NCBI RefSeq assembly: GCF_025526975.1
Contig: NW_026515671.1
Span: forward strand, 1,426,001 to 1,490,000
From: Fimicolochytrium jonesii
Lineage: Eukaryota
Length of the DNA stretch: 64,000 nucleotides
Reading direction: 5' to 3'
Made by a program: the position numbers and the translations under genes. Below, one piece after another: positions 12,490 to 24,267 of the stretch; position 1 is the stretch's first letter, and every line of letters starts with the position of its first letter. The notes below the pieces were generated by a model. The model searched no databases. It worked only from the letters and a program-made list of their open reading frames with translations, and had not been told where the DNA came from.

Positions 12490-12839
12490 GGAATCGACGA
12501 CGGTGTCAATGGTGGACGTAGGAGCGGATGAGGGGTTGACTTGCGTAGCTTTCGAATTCGTTGGGTGCGTTCTGAATCCTTCGTACAGAGGGGGTGCCCT
12601 ATTAGGAGTTGTGCATGAGGAGACTATATAGATATGCTTTCAGCTTCATTTCTTTCCACCATAGTCGCAGCCTGCCGTATACCATGTTTTTTATGTCACC
12701 ATTCGTATGAGATATGTACATAATCGTGCGCCTGATCGAAGACTAGACCTACTTCCTACGCTTGCATAACTACCTACATTTTGTAGAGGGCATTACATCG
12801 AGGGGCCATATCACGTACGTCATGCCAGCACGCAGCGGC

Positions 12840-13676
12840 CTACTTTCCGCCAACTAAGGCCAAAACGGCATCGATCTCCTCGTCTGACCAGTTCTCCCAC
12901 TGCAGGATCGCCAAATCCTCCTTCATGTGTGTCACGTTCTTTGTGCCATTCAGTGGAACGATCCCCGTCTGTATCAAGACCTTGTACATAACCTGCTCTG
13001 GGGAGCATTCCCTGGCTTTCGCGATGCGAGCAATCACAGGCGACGCCAGCACATTTGGATTGCCAGTGAGCGTCCAAAAGCTCTGATATTTGATATTGAC
13101 CTCTTTAGCCCAGCTTCTAATGTCGCGATCCCAGCCCGTCTCGCGATAGAATCTGTTTTGTATAAACGACGGTTTCACGGAGACTTGCTGATACAATTGC
13201 TGGAGAAACCGCAGATTGTACGCGTTGGAGATGCCCAGGTAATGCACCTTATTCTGCTGCTTGAACCCCTCCAAAACCCGCCAAACTCGCAGCGTGTCCT
13301 CCAATGTCCTCATCGGCGAATGAAGCACCAGCGAGTCAATGTACGAGACCTTCAGGTTCTTCAACGACACATTGAACGACTGCGTGACCTGCTCCTCCAG
13401 CGTCGCGTGCTTATCGTACGGGATACGCAGCGGGTCCTGTCCATCCAATGACGTGAATTTCGTCTGAATGAAAAGTTCGGAGCGCGGGATGTTGTGGTTC
13501 TGAGTGACTTCGGCGATGGCGTTGCCGACTTGGGGCTCGTTGTAGTGCTTTGGCTGGCAGGCGGTGTCGATGCCGCGGAATCCTTGCAGGATTGCGGTTT
13601 TGACGAGGCTGTGGGTTTCGTCTTTTTTCCACGCGGTTCCATAGAGGAAGCGGGGGATGGGTAGTGGGTTGGCCAT
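12840..13676 (-). CDS. Aldo/keto reductase family protein (intronless)
   Basis: YGTAWK, GFRGIDTACQPKHYNE, LFIQTKF, YIDSLVLHSP, LGISN and IQNRFY match AKR catalytic tetrad motifs. Confidence 0.92.
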   Translation of the reverse strand: MANPLPIPRFLYGTAWKKDETHSLVKTAILQGFRGIDTACQPKHYNEPQVGNAIAEVTQNHNIPRSELFIQTKFTSLDGQDPLRIPYDKHATLEEQVTQSFNVSLKNLKVSYIDSLVLHSPMRTLEDTLRVWRVLEGFKQQNKVHYLGISNAYNLRFLQQLYQQVSVKPSFIQNRFYRETGWDRDIRSWAKEVNIKYQSFWTLTGNPNVLASPVIARIAKARECSPEQVMYKVLIQTGIVPLNGTKNVTHMKEDLAILQWENWSDEEIDAVLALVGGK

Positions 13677-14925
13677 TGGGTACCGGCGGCGAGGCTCGAG
13701 TGGCTCTGATTAGTCCGATAGGGTTGCTGGAGTAGATTTAGATGGCGAAGGCTGTCGCCCGGAGAATGAACCGCCTCCTCATCACGTCTGATTCACATTT
13801 CGCTCTCCATGTCCACGCGTCGACGCAAGACTCGTATACTGTACACTTCACAAGACGTTCGACAGGTTCGAGGTTCTCCGACGTGAACCCCACTGACAAA
13901 CCTGCTGCTCACGAACGAGATGCATGCATGCGAGCGAGTCCAATGCATGCGAACGAGATACTATAGAAATTTGCAGCGTCTTCCCTCTGCCCCTGTTGTT
14001 TTTATACTGTACATTAGAGAATTCACGTCTTCCTCGACGTTCGAGGGCGGGCGATTCTGTCTCCTCTTCTCCCCAGAAGCCTGCACTGGCCAGTATTCAT
14101 GATTTCGTGTCGCCCTGCCCCGCCGACTGAGTATAAAAAGACCACCCTCCCTCGACTTCCCGATCTGACTTTGTTTACTTTCCAATACTCTCCATCCGTC
14201 CCGGTGATCCTTCACTTGTCTTACCATAGGTTGGAAGCTTTTTCTGTGAGGTTGGAAATGTACCCTTTCGGAGGTGCTGTGGAAGACTCACAGCGAGGGC
14301 GGAAGCATGTATTGCTTGTGTTGGTTATGTTGGATATCCTGTCCGTCTCAAGGCAAAGCGACCGTGGTAGGCAGTTTTTTTTAACAAAGGCGGCAGTTGT
14401 TATATGAATGAGTGAATGATAGTATGATGCGGTTCAATATCCTTAGAATGCAGCTGCCCCCCTTGGGGTTGCTGGCTTTGACCCATCGCCATCGCGCGGG
14501 CATTGCGCCAACGCGTCGGAAGGCTGGTCGGAAGGCTTCGATGTCGCGGTCGTTAGAAAGAGTTTCGAAAGGTTCTGAAAAGTTTGTACATACTTGGGGT
14601 GCAGGGTTCGCAACACCATGAGCATCCAACACTTCCATCTAATCCATCGTTCTCGCCGGAAATAACGAGTTGGTATAACGAGGACGTTGGAGCTCTTGGA
14701 AGCCCATTGCGTGCCTGTTCAACTGTTGCCCGGCGTGCAATGGTTGAGGAAACGCGTTCGTTGGCGTTCAAGTTGCGAGTAAGAGAAGTCTGTTCACCTT
14801 AAAGCTGCTGGTGAGGTAGTAAAACCCGTGGCCAAGCAACCCAACGCCCAGTACCAGGGCCCTCCCCTGATTGAATTACTGTCCGGTACGGTCTGAGTGG
14901 GCAGTAACTGGGGACGGGGCACGCA

Positions 14926-17000
14926 ATGGCAGCCGAAGGTTCACAGCACATTCCGAAAAAGCGGAGGTTGAGCAATGCAGCCGAGGACGTACACTTCACC
15001 AAGAAGAATGCTCCAGCAAACTCCGGTATCGCCGGCAGGAGCAAAGTTGAAAGGCTCCTCGAATGGGCGAAAAGCCATGGCGCAAGTTTCCCAAAGCTGA
15101 ATTTCCAGGACGGACCGCAGACCGATGGTGAGAGAAAAAACAGTTCATATTTTTGTCGGCGTTGCGTCAGGTCTAATCGGTAAACCAACCTTCTTTTCAG
15201 ATCCTCTGTGCGCCAGCCGAGGTGTCTATGCATCCGACACCATAACCACAAAAGAAGTCATAACCTCCATCCCATATTCCCTGGTCCTCTCCGAAACTGT
15301 CGCCCGCTCGTCTCCCTTCGGCGCGAAACTGCACAGCTACCTACAGCAGCATGCGTCGGATATCACGCACAACGGGAAGGATCCGTATGCACCCGGTCTG
15401 ATCCTGGTGTCAGCGTTCCTGGTGTACGAGATGTATGAGAACGCCGGCTCGTTCTGGAAACCGTACCTGGAGGCGTTGCCCGAGGAGTACTCGCTCCCCC
15501 TGTCGTGGCCAGAGAGCGAGGTGGCCCAATTGCTGAAGGGGACGAATCTTTACCACATTGTCGAAGAGCGCAGGAAGCTTTTACAGAAAGGGCTGGAGAT
15601 GGTCAGGGAAGCGTGTGGGGACATGTTCATCAGAAACTCGCTGATATGGCCAAACCTCCTCTGGGCATACTCAGCGGTATCCAGCCGCGCCTTCCCACGC
15701 AGCCGACCAGCCACTGCAGAAGACCGGGAACACGCAGCCGAGGAAGCAGCGGAGATATCATCCGGCGCCAGCGAGCTCTGCCTCTACCCCGTCCTGGACA
15801 TGCTGAACCACCGCCGCGGGCACCGCATCGAATGGCGGATCGAGGACGGCCAATCCGTCTCTTTCATTGCGTTGGAGGATGTGGCGGCTGCTGGGGAGGT
15901 GTTCAACAATTATGGCGCGAAGGGAAATGAGAATTTGTTGGGCAACTACGGGTTCGTGCTGGATCCTAACCCGGAAGACTATGTCAAAGTCGCGCTCAAT
16001 ATCCGCGATGAATCGGATCCGTGTGCACAGCGGAAACGGGAACTGCTTGCGGCGGTGCAGCCTAACCGATTGGTACACCTGCTGTTTGCTGGCGATGATG
16101 AGACGGCTCTCCCACCGGACCTTGTCGCGGTGACGAGACTTCTGGTGATGAATGAGCATGGGATTGAGCTTGATCTGCATGGAGGCGCTGCTTTACGGAG
16201 TGCCGTAAACCCGCGGAATGAGGTGGCTACCTACTCGACGCTGTGGCAGCTGCTTGGTGGCAAGTTGAGGGAAATCTCAAAACCGTTGCAGACGGGCGGT
16301 GTCGATGCGGAGCGGGTGCGGATGGTCACTGTTTATCGCCAGGGTGGGTATACGGAATGGACCAAGCGGTATCGATATAGACGGCACCTAACATCGTGCC
16401 CTCTACTTTACGCCCCAGGTCAAGCCCGAATCCTCCGCCACAACATGACCCTCGCCACCCAAGCCCTCTGCTCCTTCCTCCAACTCAAAGCCGGACCCAC
16501 CTCCCCAATCTCCTCCATCCTCCTCACCCTGGACTCATCCCATCTCCCCCACTGTTTCCGATCGCTGATGAGCACACTAACCGCACAAGATGAGGACGAG
16601 CTGTTTGATGAGGATACGTTGTTGTGCCTCGCGGTGGCGCATGAGATGCAAGTGGGGGATAAGTCGGCTTGGAGGGGTGTGCCGGCAACGACGAGACATA
16701 GCGAGGAGTTGATTTCGTAAGTTTTCCGACACGATATATCCCGTTCCACATTCGTCGTCTCACCTCTCATTGAACACATTTCCTTCCGTTACAAGTAGTG
16801 CACAGGCGGCGGAACTCTACGCCCACTTCCAAAGTAATCTGTCATCAGTTTTGCACGACACCGGACCGTGTGCATGCGGTGCTGAGTTCACAAACGAGCT
16901 GTTCGCGGTCGCTGCGAACCTGTTGGAGACGCATGGGGTTGACATCCCGCCTGGAATGTGCGAGGATGTGCAGGGGTACGGCGTGCTTATGATAGAGTAG
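14926..17000 (+). CDS. SET-domain protein lysine methyltransferase (Rkm1/Efm1/SETD3-Rubisco LSMT type), ~4 exons
   Basis: LLEWAKSHGA, RGVYA, SFWKPYLEALP, WAYSAVSSRAF, LYPVLDMLNH and EVFNNYGAKGNENLLGNYGF; introns 15128-15200, 16344-16418 and ~16717-16795. Confidence 0.88.
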
Positions 17001-17137
17001 ATACGAGTAGATAGGTGAGATAGGTGACACTATGAGCGTAAACACCTTTTAGAATGAGTGTATACGCATCGCATTGTGTTTTGATTATCGCTCAAAACTA
17101 TGCTATTTATACTAGAGAGCCTATGAGCCTACGCCGT

Positions 17138-18640
17138 CTACTTCTGAGCGTAAGGCACGGTGAGATCCGGGCCATTCCACACGGGTACAACCCGAGTAGG
17201 ATTGATCTGGATGTGGGACATGTAATAGTGGTTTTTGATGTGCTCCATGTTGACCGTCTCCGCGATCTGTGACTGTAATGAGTAACAGTGTGGTGTGGGA
17301 ACAAGATGTGCGGACGGCCTCACCTTGGGAAGCTGGTAGAATTGGCGCGTCCACCTCAGGATGTTGGGGTAGCTGTGCGCGATGGTTCCGCCGGTGCACT
17401 TGAAGTGGGTGTGGTATACCTAATGAAATGGAAGTGTATAAATAGTCGAGAACGTCCAAACTCGGCGGCAATCGTATTAAGCTTACCGGGTCAAATCGCA
17501 CGATAGTGGTAAAGAGCCTAATGTCGGCCTCAGTGAAGGTCTCCCCCACAAGCCACTCCTTCTTCGCAAGGATGTTCTCCACCTTGTCAAGTCCCTGGAA
17601 CACCAACTTATAGTTCTTCTCATACGCCTCCTGGGTAGTAGCAAACCCGGCCTTGTACACCCCGTTGTTGATCTCATCGTAGATCCAGCCGTTGAGGTCG
17701 TCGATCTCCTTGCGGAGGTTCTCGGGGTAGTAGCTGACACCGGGCGCAGAGGACCATTCGTCGAAGGCGGTGTTGAGGAAACGGATGATTTCGGAGGATT
17801 CGTTGTTGACGATTGTTTGGGTTTTTTTGTCCCAGAGGACGGGGACCGTGACTGGCGGGCCTTGTCAGGCGCTCATTATGCAGTACTCTGACAACCATTC
17901 GGGTACTCACATCGTCCCTCGTAGTTGGGCTCTGCTTTGAAGTAGATGTCCCGCAAGTACTCAGCGCCATTGACGTTGTCGTTGATGACGCCGGGTGTGG
18001 ATTCACCAGGGTGGCTAAGAAAAAAACCACATCAGCGTCTCAACAACGCGAAATCGTACAGAAGGACAAACATACTCGAACCGCCATCCCTTGTCCTGCA
18101 GAAGATAGTGGACAGCCGAAAGGCCAATCACATCCTGCAACCCTTTCAACGCGCTATATCAGAAACATCTCGGCAGTAAGTATCGGTTGAACATATCGGG
18201 CGTAACTTCACATGCCAGCATACCGAACGATGATGGCGCGGTGCGCCCAAGGGCACGCCCATGATACGTAGAGATGATATCTTCCAGGTTCGGCCTTGAA
18301 CTTTGCGTCTGCTTCAGTGGATACGACGTCGCGGAAGGATGACACCTGGCTGAGGTGGACTGTGAGTACAACGCGGAAGATCTTCCAATGACATGCGAAG
18401 GCGAAGGACATACCGACGGAACTCCCCGTCTTTTGATGCCCATCTGCAGCGATCAAGTTGACGTTAGCGCTAGAGCAAGACCAATGTACGAGTTGGTCTC
18501 CAGTTCCGTAATCCTACTTGAAGATGGAGGCCCTATCACCATTGTTCGTAGGATAGAAATTGTCAGCAAAACGTGCGCACCAACGCTACGCTGTACGCCA
18601 GAGCCGACACTCACGCAGCAGCGTCCTTCTGTTCGACCAT
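17138..18640 (-). CDS. ECM4: Omega-like glutathione transferase / glutathionyl-hydroquinone reductase (Ecm4/YqjG family), many short exons
   Basis: Spliced MVEQKDAAAASIFKWASKDGEFRR|QVSSFRD..., GRYHLYVSWACPWAHR, TVPVLWDKK..TIVNNESSEIIR, INNGVYKAGFA, TEADIRLFTTIVRFD and HIKNHYYMSH.QINP. Confidence 0.92.
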
Positions 18641-20130
18641 CTTGGTGTTTGCGGTGGAAAGAAAGGTCCTGGAATTTCAATGAGCCGAAGTCGCGCGGAC
18701 AAAGCGTATTTCACGCCCACCGCCGACGCCTGAATACCCACCCACCTTTGTGAAGTGAAGTTCGCGTGAATTGCGCTTGAAACGGGATAGCAGTGAATAC
18801 GGAATGTAGAGCGGAAGGTGGGTGCTAAAAGAAGTCTTCTTGCTTGGAGTGTTTGCAAGTGTTTTGGTAACATTTCCGCTGGCTTTTATGCAACGGCCCT
18901 CGGATGGTCTCGTTTTTGAAGGCTTCGATTTGAGGCTTGAACGCGAATCGTCCGGCGTCGGACTTTTGTGATTTGTCACCTGGCGATGTCATACGAAAAC
19001 GGGTACGAGACTACATATTTTAGTGCTTCTCTGGATGGCTTTTCTTCGATCCATGCCATCTGCGGTACATGCATGAGCTGGAGGAAGGTCTAATAAAGCT
19101 CCCATGTGATGGATTTGAAGCCTGTGGGCGGTGGGAGGCAAGTGGATAGAGGCGGACCCGCGGCTACTAACACGCAAACGCCTAAGCAGACCTTGGAGGC
19201 TCACAGAGTCGCCGCCCCTCAACCTCAAACAAGTACCCGGCCTCAGACACCTACGCATGATGGTAGTCAAGCCATTTCCTGTAGCCCAGATTGGCGGCAG
19301 TCTTCGCACTCGTTGCACGTTACCGTTGCCTCTCCTCTGTCTCCCAACGTGGTGAAAGAGTGTGGGATCACCGCATATGAGAGCCGCCTTTCCATCTGCG
19401 AAGAGGCTGGCTCTAAAGAGAGGCAATGCACTCGAGAAGTCCGCAGAGGCTCGCACTTGGATCTGGAGAGAAGGGCAGGGTGCAGGCGGACTGTTGGGGC
19501 GAGCGGGATGACTAATGCCCGAAGACACGGGGTAACGAACAGTGCAATTTGCAAGCGATCTGTGGCTGGCGCACGCTGCTCCGAAACGCCACGCCCATTC
19601 ATCATTGTCCGCCGTCACTTCCGGATCCCCGCTCCGGATTCGAATTCGAGAAGTTGGACGTCCGCAGCCCCGACTGACAAAGACATCCATCTGTCATCCA
19701 TCTCAGGCTCATATCAACCATACTGTACCTCGTTCTCCCACTTCCATATACTGTACGTAGCGCTATCCTCTGTCCTGGATGCAGGACAGTTGATCGTGCT
19801 TTGCTCAGGCTCGGTAATTCCACTTCCCCATTGTTTCTAATTTTGGTCATCACTCCGGTCGCCGTAAATCTTCGGCACAGCCGTGGCTTGCGAGGTGTTT
19901 GTTGCATCCTGAAAGCGACGACAGCTGGATACTGGTCCTTAAACTAACAACACCTCTTCTCTACAGAAGTGCAAGTCACGTTTCAAATACTGCATTCAGT
20001 CTCTGGCTCTTCGAGACGGGGAGTCCCCACTTAGCAGACGCCGCTCGCGATCCATTACTGACTTGTTGAAAAACGTCGCTTACCCGTCACCCATTCTCCT
20101 TCTTCAACCGGCCGGGCGGACCGTCGAAAC

Positions 20131-23100
20131 ATGCCGACAAAGACATCGACCATTGACATTGAGGGTATGACCTGCGGGTCATGCGTTAGGACGATTGAGG
20201 GTCAACTGCGACCCATTCCGGGAGTAACCTCCATCAATGTGTCACTGGAGACGAATTCCGCGATTATCGAGTTTGATCCGCAGGTCCTGACCGAGCAGAA
20301 ACTTGTAGACGCGATTGAGGATTGCGGCTTCGGGGCTACCCTGGCAGGTGCCGCAAAGAAGGCCTCGAACGTTACCATATCTGTCAAAGGAATGACATGC
20401 CAGTCGTGCGTCAAGACGGTCACAGCTGCGGTACGGGTGGTTCCAGGGGTTAGCCAGGTGGTAGTGAGTCTACCAACGGAGACAGCTGCGATCGAGTACG
20501 ACGAGGGCCTAGTGTCGCCAACGGACCTGATGGCCGCTATCGAGGATTGCGGGTTTGATGCATCCATGCCTGGGAGGACCGCGCAACCATACGCGATGCC
20601 GAACGATGTCTCTTCAGGCCCATCGCGTTACGAAATCGACGTGCAGGGAATGACATGCCAGTCCTGTGTGAAAACGATCACGGGGAAGATTCAGCCATTG
20701 ATCGGCGTGCAAATGGCGCACGTCGATTTGACAAAGAACTTAGCAACGGTCGAGCTGGATACGTCGTTAATATCAGTACAGACGGTGATCGATGCAATTG
20801 AGGAATGTGGGTTCGACGCGACGCTCAAAGCAGAAAACTCCATCCACGGCAAACCCCCAATTCGGATAGAGACAAAGGGGACGAATTCCACGAGGGGGCG
20901 AGATTCTCTCGAAAGCGCTCGCTCTCAGAAGAGCGCGCTTTCGCCAAATCACACCCCCACCACCGCCGGACCCGTGCGGACCGTCCAGCTCGAAGTCCGC
21001 GGAATGACGTGCGCCAGTTGCGTTTCCAGCATAGAAAGGCACCTACGCTCGAACAAAGCGATCGTGTCTTGTAGAGTTGCTCTTCTGGCTGAGCGTGCCG
21101 AGGTTCAGTATAAGGAAGAGGTGCTGGATAAGCAGCAGGTGGCGGAGCTGATCAACGACATTGGCTTCGTTGCGACCGTTCTCCCTGACGATCAGTTTGG
21201 AAAGGTGGATCTCAAAATCTTCGGAATGACGTGCGGAAGCTGTTCGGGCAAGATTGAAAGAGAGGTGTTGAAGATGCCGGGGATCCAAAGCGCCGCGGTC
21301 AATCTCCTAGGCCAAACCGGGCGGTTCCAATATGATACATCTATCATCGGAGTCCGGAACATCGTCGAAAAGATCGAAGCTCTCGGATTCGCGGCGTTCC
21401 TCTCTGATATGGGCTCCAACGCGCAAGCCGAGTCGTTAGAACGAACCCGCGAAATCCAAGAATGGAGGTCTGCCTTCTGGCGCTCTCTTGCCCTTTCCTT
21501 ACCCGTCACCCTCCTCTCCATGATTCTTCCCATGACATTCCTGCGTGGGTTGCTGGAGTGGGAAGGAATTCCGGGCCTGGCGCTAGGCGACGCTCTTATG
21601 CTTGGTTTTACCATACCAGTGCAATTCGGCATTGGGCGTCGCTTCTATACCGCCGCGTACAAGGCTGTATCGCATGGAAGTTACACGATGGATGTCCTGA
21701 TCGTCCTAGGCACGACGGCCGCATTTGCCTTCTCGGTTCTCTCCATGCTGGTTGCAGTATGCGAAAGCCAACACAAGCGCCCGCAAACGTTCTTCGAGAC
21801 GAGCACCACGCTGATCACGTTTGTCACGCTGGGACGGTTTTTGGAAAATGTCGCGAAAGGGAAGACGTCTTCAGCTTTGAGCAAATTGATGTCGCTCGCT
21901 CCCGTGTCTGCTGTCCTGCTTACAACCGACCCTGAAACCGGGGAGATTCAAGAGAAGAGCATCCCTGCAGAATACGTCCAAGCCGGCGATCTCCTCAAAG
22001 TGGTCCCTGGCGAGCGTCTCCCAGCCGACGGCATTGTCGAGTTTGGCGCAACCCAGATCGACGAGTCGCTCGTCACCGGAGAACCATTACCGGTCACCAA
22101 AAAAGTCAAAGACTCAGTCATCGGCGGAACAGTCAACGGCTCCGGCGTCATTCACATGCGCGCCGTCCGCGTCGGCGCCGACACGACACTCGCCCAGATT
22201 GTCAAGCTCGTCAATGACGCCCAGACCTCCAAAGCGCCCATCCAGGACATCGCCGACCGTATTGCGGGATATTTTGTACCCGGAGTCATCATCCTCGGCG
22301 CCCTCACGTTCACGATGTGGTTCTTCATGCTATCGTTGACGACGTGGCGCCCGCATCCGTTTGAGACGAGCAGCACGATCGTGATTTGTTTGAGTATGTC
22401 GATATCGGTTATTGTCGTGGCGTGCCCGTGCGCGCTCGGACTTGCGACGCCGACTGCGGTTATGGTGGGAACGGGAGTTGGAGCGCAGCTGGGGATTCTT
22501 ATCAAGGGTGGTGTTCCGCTTGAGACTGCTCATCGGGTCACGAAGTTTGTGTTCGATAAGACGGGCACGTTGACGATTGGGAAGCTTAGTGTCGTCAAAG
22601 CTTTGCTGCATCAGACGGAATACAACGAGATGCAGTTCTTTGGCATTGTCGGCGCGGCAGAAGCGAACAGTGAGCATCCGCTCGGAAAAGCTGTTGTCAA
22701 GCACGCGAAGATGATGTTGGGTATCACGTCCTTCCCGCACAAAGTCACTGAGTTTGATGCGGTTGCGGGATCGGGATTGAAGTGCGAGGTCATCCCACCC
22801 AACGCGAAGAAGCCGGTGCAGGTGCTTATCGGGAACGCCAGATTCCTGAAGTCCCAAAAATGCCCGCCGTTGCCGGCAGCGTTCGTCTCGGCGCAAACTC
22901 ATCACGAGTCGTCCGGCCATACCGTCATCTTTGTTGCCTTTAACAACGCGCCTGTAGGGCTCGTGGCCCTCGCGGACACGATGAAACCCTCGGCAGTCCC
23001 CACCATCCGTGCCCTCCACCGTATGGGCATCCAAGTCGCGATGGTCACCGGCGACCAACTACCCACCGCCCTGGCAATCGCCAAACAATGCGGAATCCCC

Positions 23101-23838
23101 AAGTCCCACGTCCACGCGGGCATCACCCCCGCCGGCAAAAAGTCCCTCGTCGAAAAATTCCAAAATGCCGGGCACGTCATGGCCATGGTCGGCGACGGGA
23201 TCAACGACTCGGCCTCCATCGCGCAAGCCGACATCGGCATCGCCGTCTTCGGCGGTACAGACGTCGCCGTCGAAGCCGCATCCATCGTCCTCATGCGCGA
23301 CGAACTCTCCGACGTCGTCACAGCCATCCACCTCTCCCGCGTCATCTTCCGCCGCATCCGCATGAATTTCGTCTGGGCTACTGGTTACAACCTCGTCATG
23401 GTCCCCATGGCCATGGGTCTTCTCTCACCGTGGGGTATCACTCTACCCGCGATGGTGGCGGGGATGGCCATGTCACTGTCCTCCGTTTCCGTCGTCGTCT
23501 CCTCCCTCCTCCTCAAAACCTACAAACCGCCCCAAACCCTCTCCGAAGTCCCCGAAGGCCAACTCCAACTCCCCACCATATCGGCCCGCATCGACATCGA
23601 CGCCGGGGACGCTGTCTCGGACGGCCGCGGCGGGTTCAGAGCCGACCGACGGAAGTCATCGATGCTGAACGCCGGATCGGAATTGATGGCGAACGTCAGG
23701 GAACTCCTGGGATCGGGCGGATCCTCGAGACGCAGCAGATCGATGAGCCCGAAGCGGAGGGAGTATGCGCGGTTGCAGGGGGATGAGGAGCTGGGGAGCG
23801 AGGACGAGGAGTTGTTGAATGCTATTGAGCTTGCGTGA
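20131..23838 (+). CDS. CCC2: Copper-transporting P1B-type ATPase (Ccc2/ATP7), five N-terminal HMA domains, intronless
   Basis: Five GMTCxxC motifs, TGE, transmembrane CPC, DKTGT, SEHPL, GDGIND, YN and MSLSS. Confidence 0.96.
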   Translation: MPTKTSTIDIEGMTCGSCVRTIEGQLRPIPGVTSINVSLETNSAIIEFDPQVLTEQKLVDAIEDCGFGATLAGAAKKASNVTISVKGMTCQSCVKTVTAAVRVVPGVSQVVVSLPTETAAIEYDEGLVSPTDLMAAIEDCGFDASMPGRTAQPYAMPNDVSSGPSRYEIDVQGMTCQSCVKTITGKIQPLIGVQMAHVDLTKNLATVELDTSLISVQTVIDAIEECGFDATLKAENSIHGKPPIRIETKGTNSTRGRDSLESARSQKSALSPNHTPTTAGPVRTVQLEVRGMTCASCVSSIERHLRSNKAIVSCRVALLAERAEVQYKEEVLDKQQVAELINDIGFVATVLPDDQFGKVDLKIFGMTCGSCSGKIEREVLKMPGIQSAAVNLLGQTGRFQYDTSIIGVRNIVEKIEALGFAAFLSDMGSNAQAESLERTREIQEWRSAFWRSLALSLPVTLLSMILPMTFLRGLLEWEGIPGLALGDALMLGFTIPVQFGIGRRFYTAAYKAVSHGSYTMDVLIVLGTTAAFAFSVLSMLVAVCESQHKRPQTFFETSTTLITFVTLGRFLENVAKGKTSSALSKLMSLAPVSAVLLTTDPETGEIQEKSIPAEYVQAGDLLKVVPGERLPADGIVEFGATQIDESLVTGEPLPVTKKVKDSVIGGTVNGSGVIHMRAVRVGADTTLAQIVKLVNDAQTSKAPIQDIADRIAGYFVPGVIILGALTFTMWFFMLSLTTWRPHPFETSSTIVICLSMSISVIVVACPCALGLATPTAVMVGTGVGAQLGILIKGGVPLETAHRVTKFVFDKTGTLTIGKLSVVKALLHQTEYNEMQFFGIVGAAEANSEHPLGKAVVKHAKMMLGITSFPHKVTEFDAVAGSGLKCEVIPPNAKKPVQVLIGNARFLKSQKCPPLPAAFVSAQTHHESSGHTVIFVAFNNAPVGLVALADTMKPSAVPTIRALHRMGIQVAMVTGDQLPTALAIAKQCGIPKSHVHAGITPAGKKSLVEKFQNAGHVMAMVGDGINDSASIAQADIGIAVFGGTDVAVEAASIVLMRDELSDVVTAIHLSRVIFRRIRMNFVWATGYNLVMVPMAMGLLSPWGITLPAMVAGMAMSLSSVSVVVSSLLLKTYKPPQTLSEVPEGQLQLPTISARIDIDAGDAVSDGRGGFRADRRKSSMLNAGSELMANVRELLGSGGSSRRSRSMSPKRREYARLQGDEELGSEDEELLNAIELA

Positions 23839-24267
23839 ATGGAAAACATTCCTTTCACACGATAGATAGAAGACTCCCATTTTCTTTTTTTCGTAGCCGT
23901 TTGTTTCTGTTTCTTTCACTCATTTTTTTTACCGTTCACGCAAAGACCTCTATCGCATCATACATTGACATGCACATATATAGCATTTTTCCTTTGCGTT
24001 TTTCTTTGCGGACATTTTCAGAGCATTGACTTCCTGGCAGTTTCAGCGCCTGGGTCGCCATTGACAAACATGTCACCTCGGCTGACCGGATTTCGACAGC
24101 GTGCGTAGGTCGGGACCTTAAATGTTCCCCGACAGGGAGAAGCGAAGCCGCACATCCAACAGAGCCGTAGGGTGCCCACATCAACATCACTGAAACATCG
24201 ACGGAGCGTTCTCTCTCTACGCTTTCCAGGATTACAACCAATAACCACTCGGCAGTAGTCTACTCAA

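Noticed and set aside
18989..19907. Overlapping 230-244-aa ORFs between the GST and the Cu-ATPase
   Set aside because: Composition looks like chance GC-rich ORFs with no domain; most likely divergent promoter or UTR sequence.
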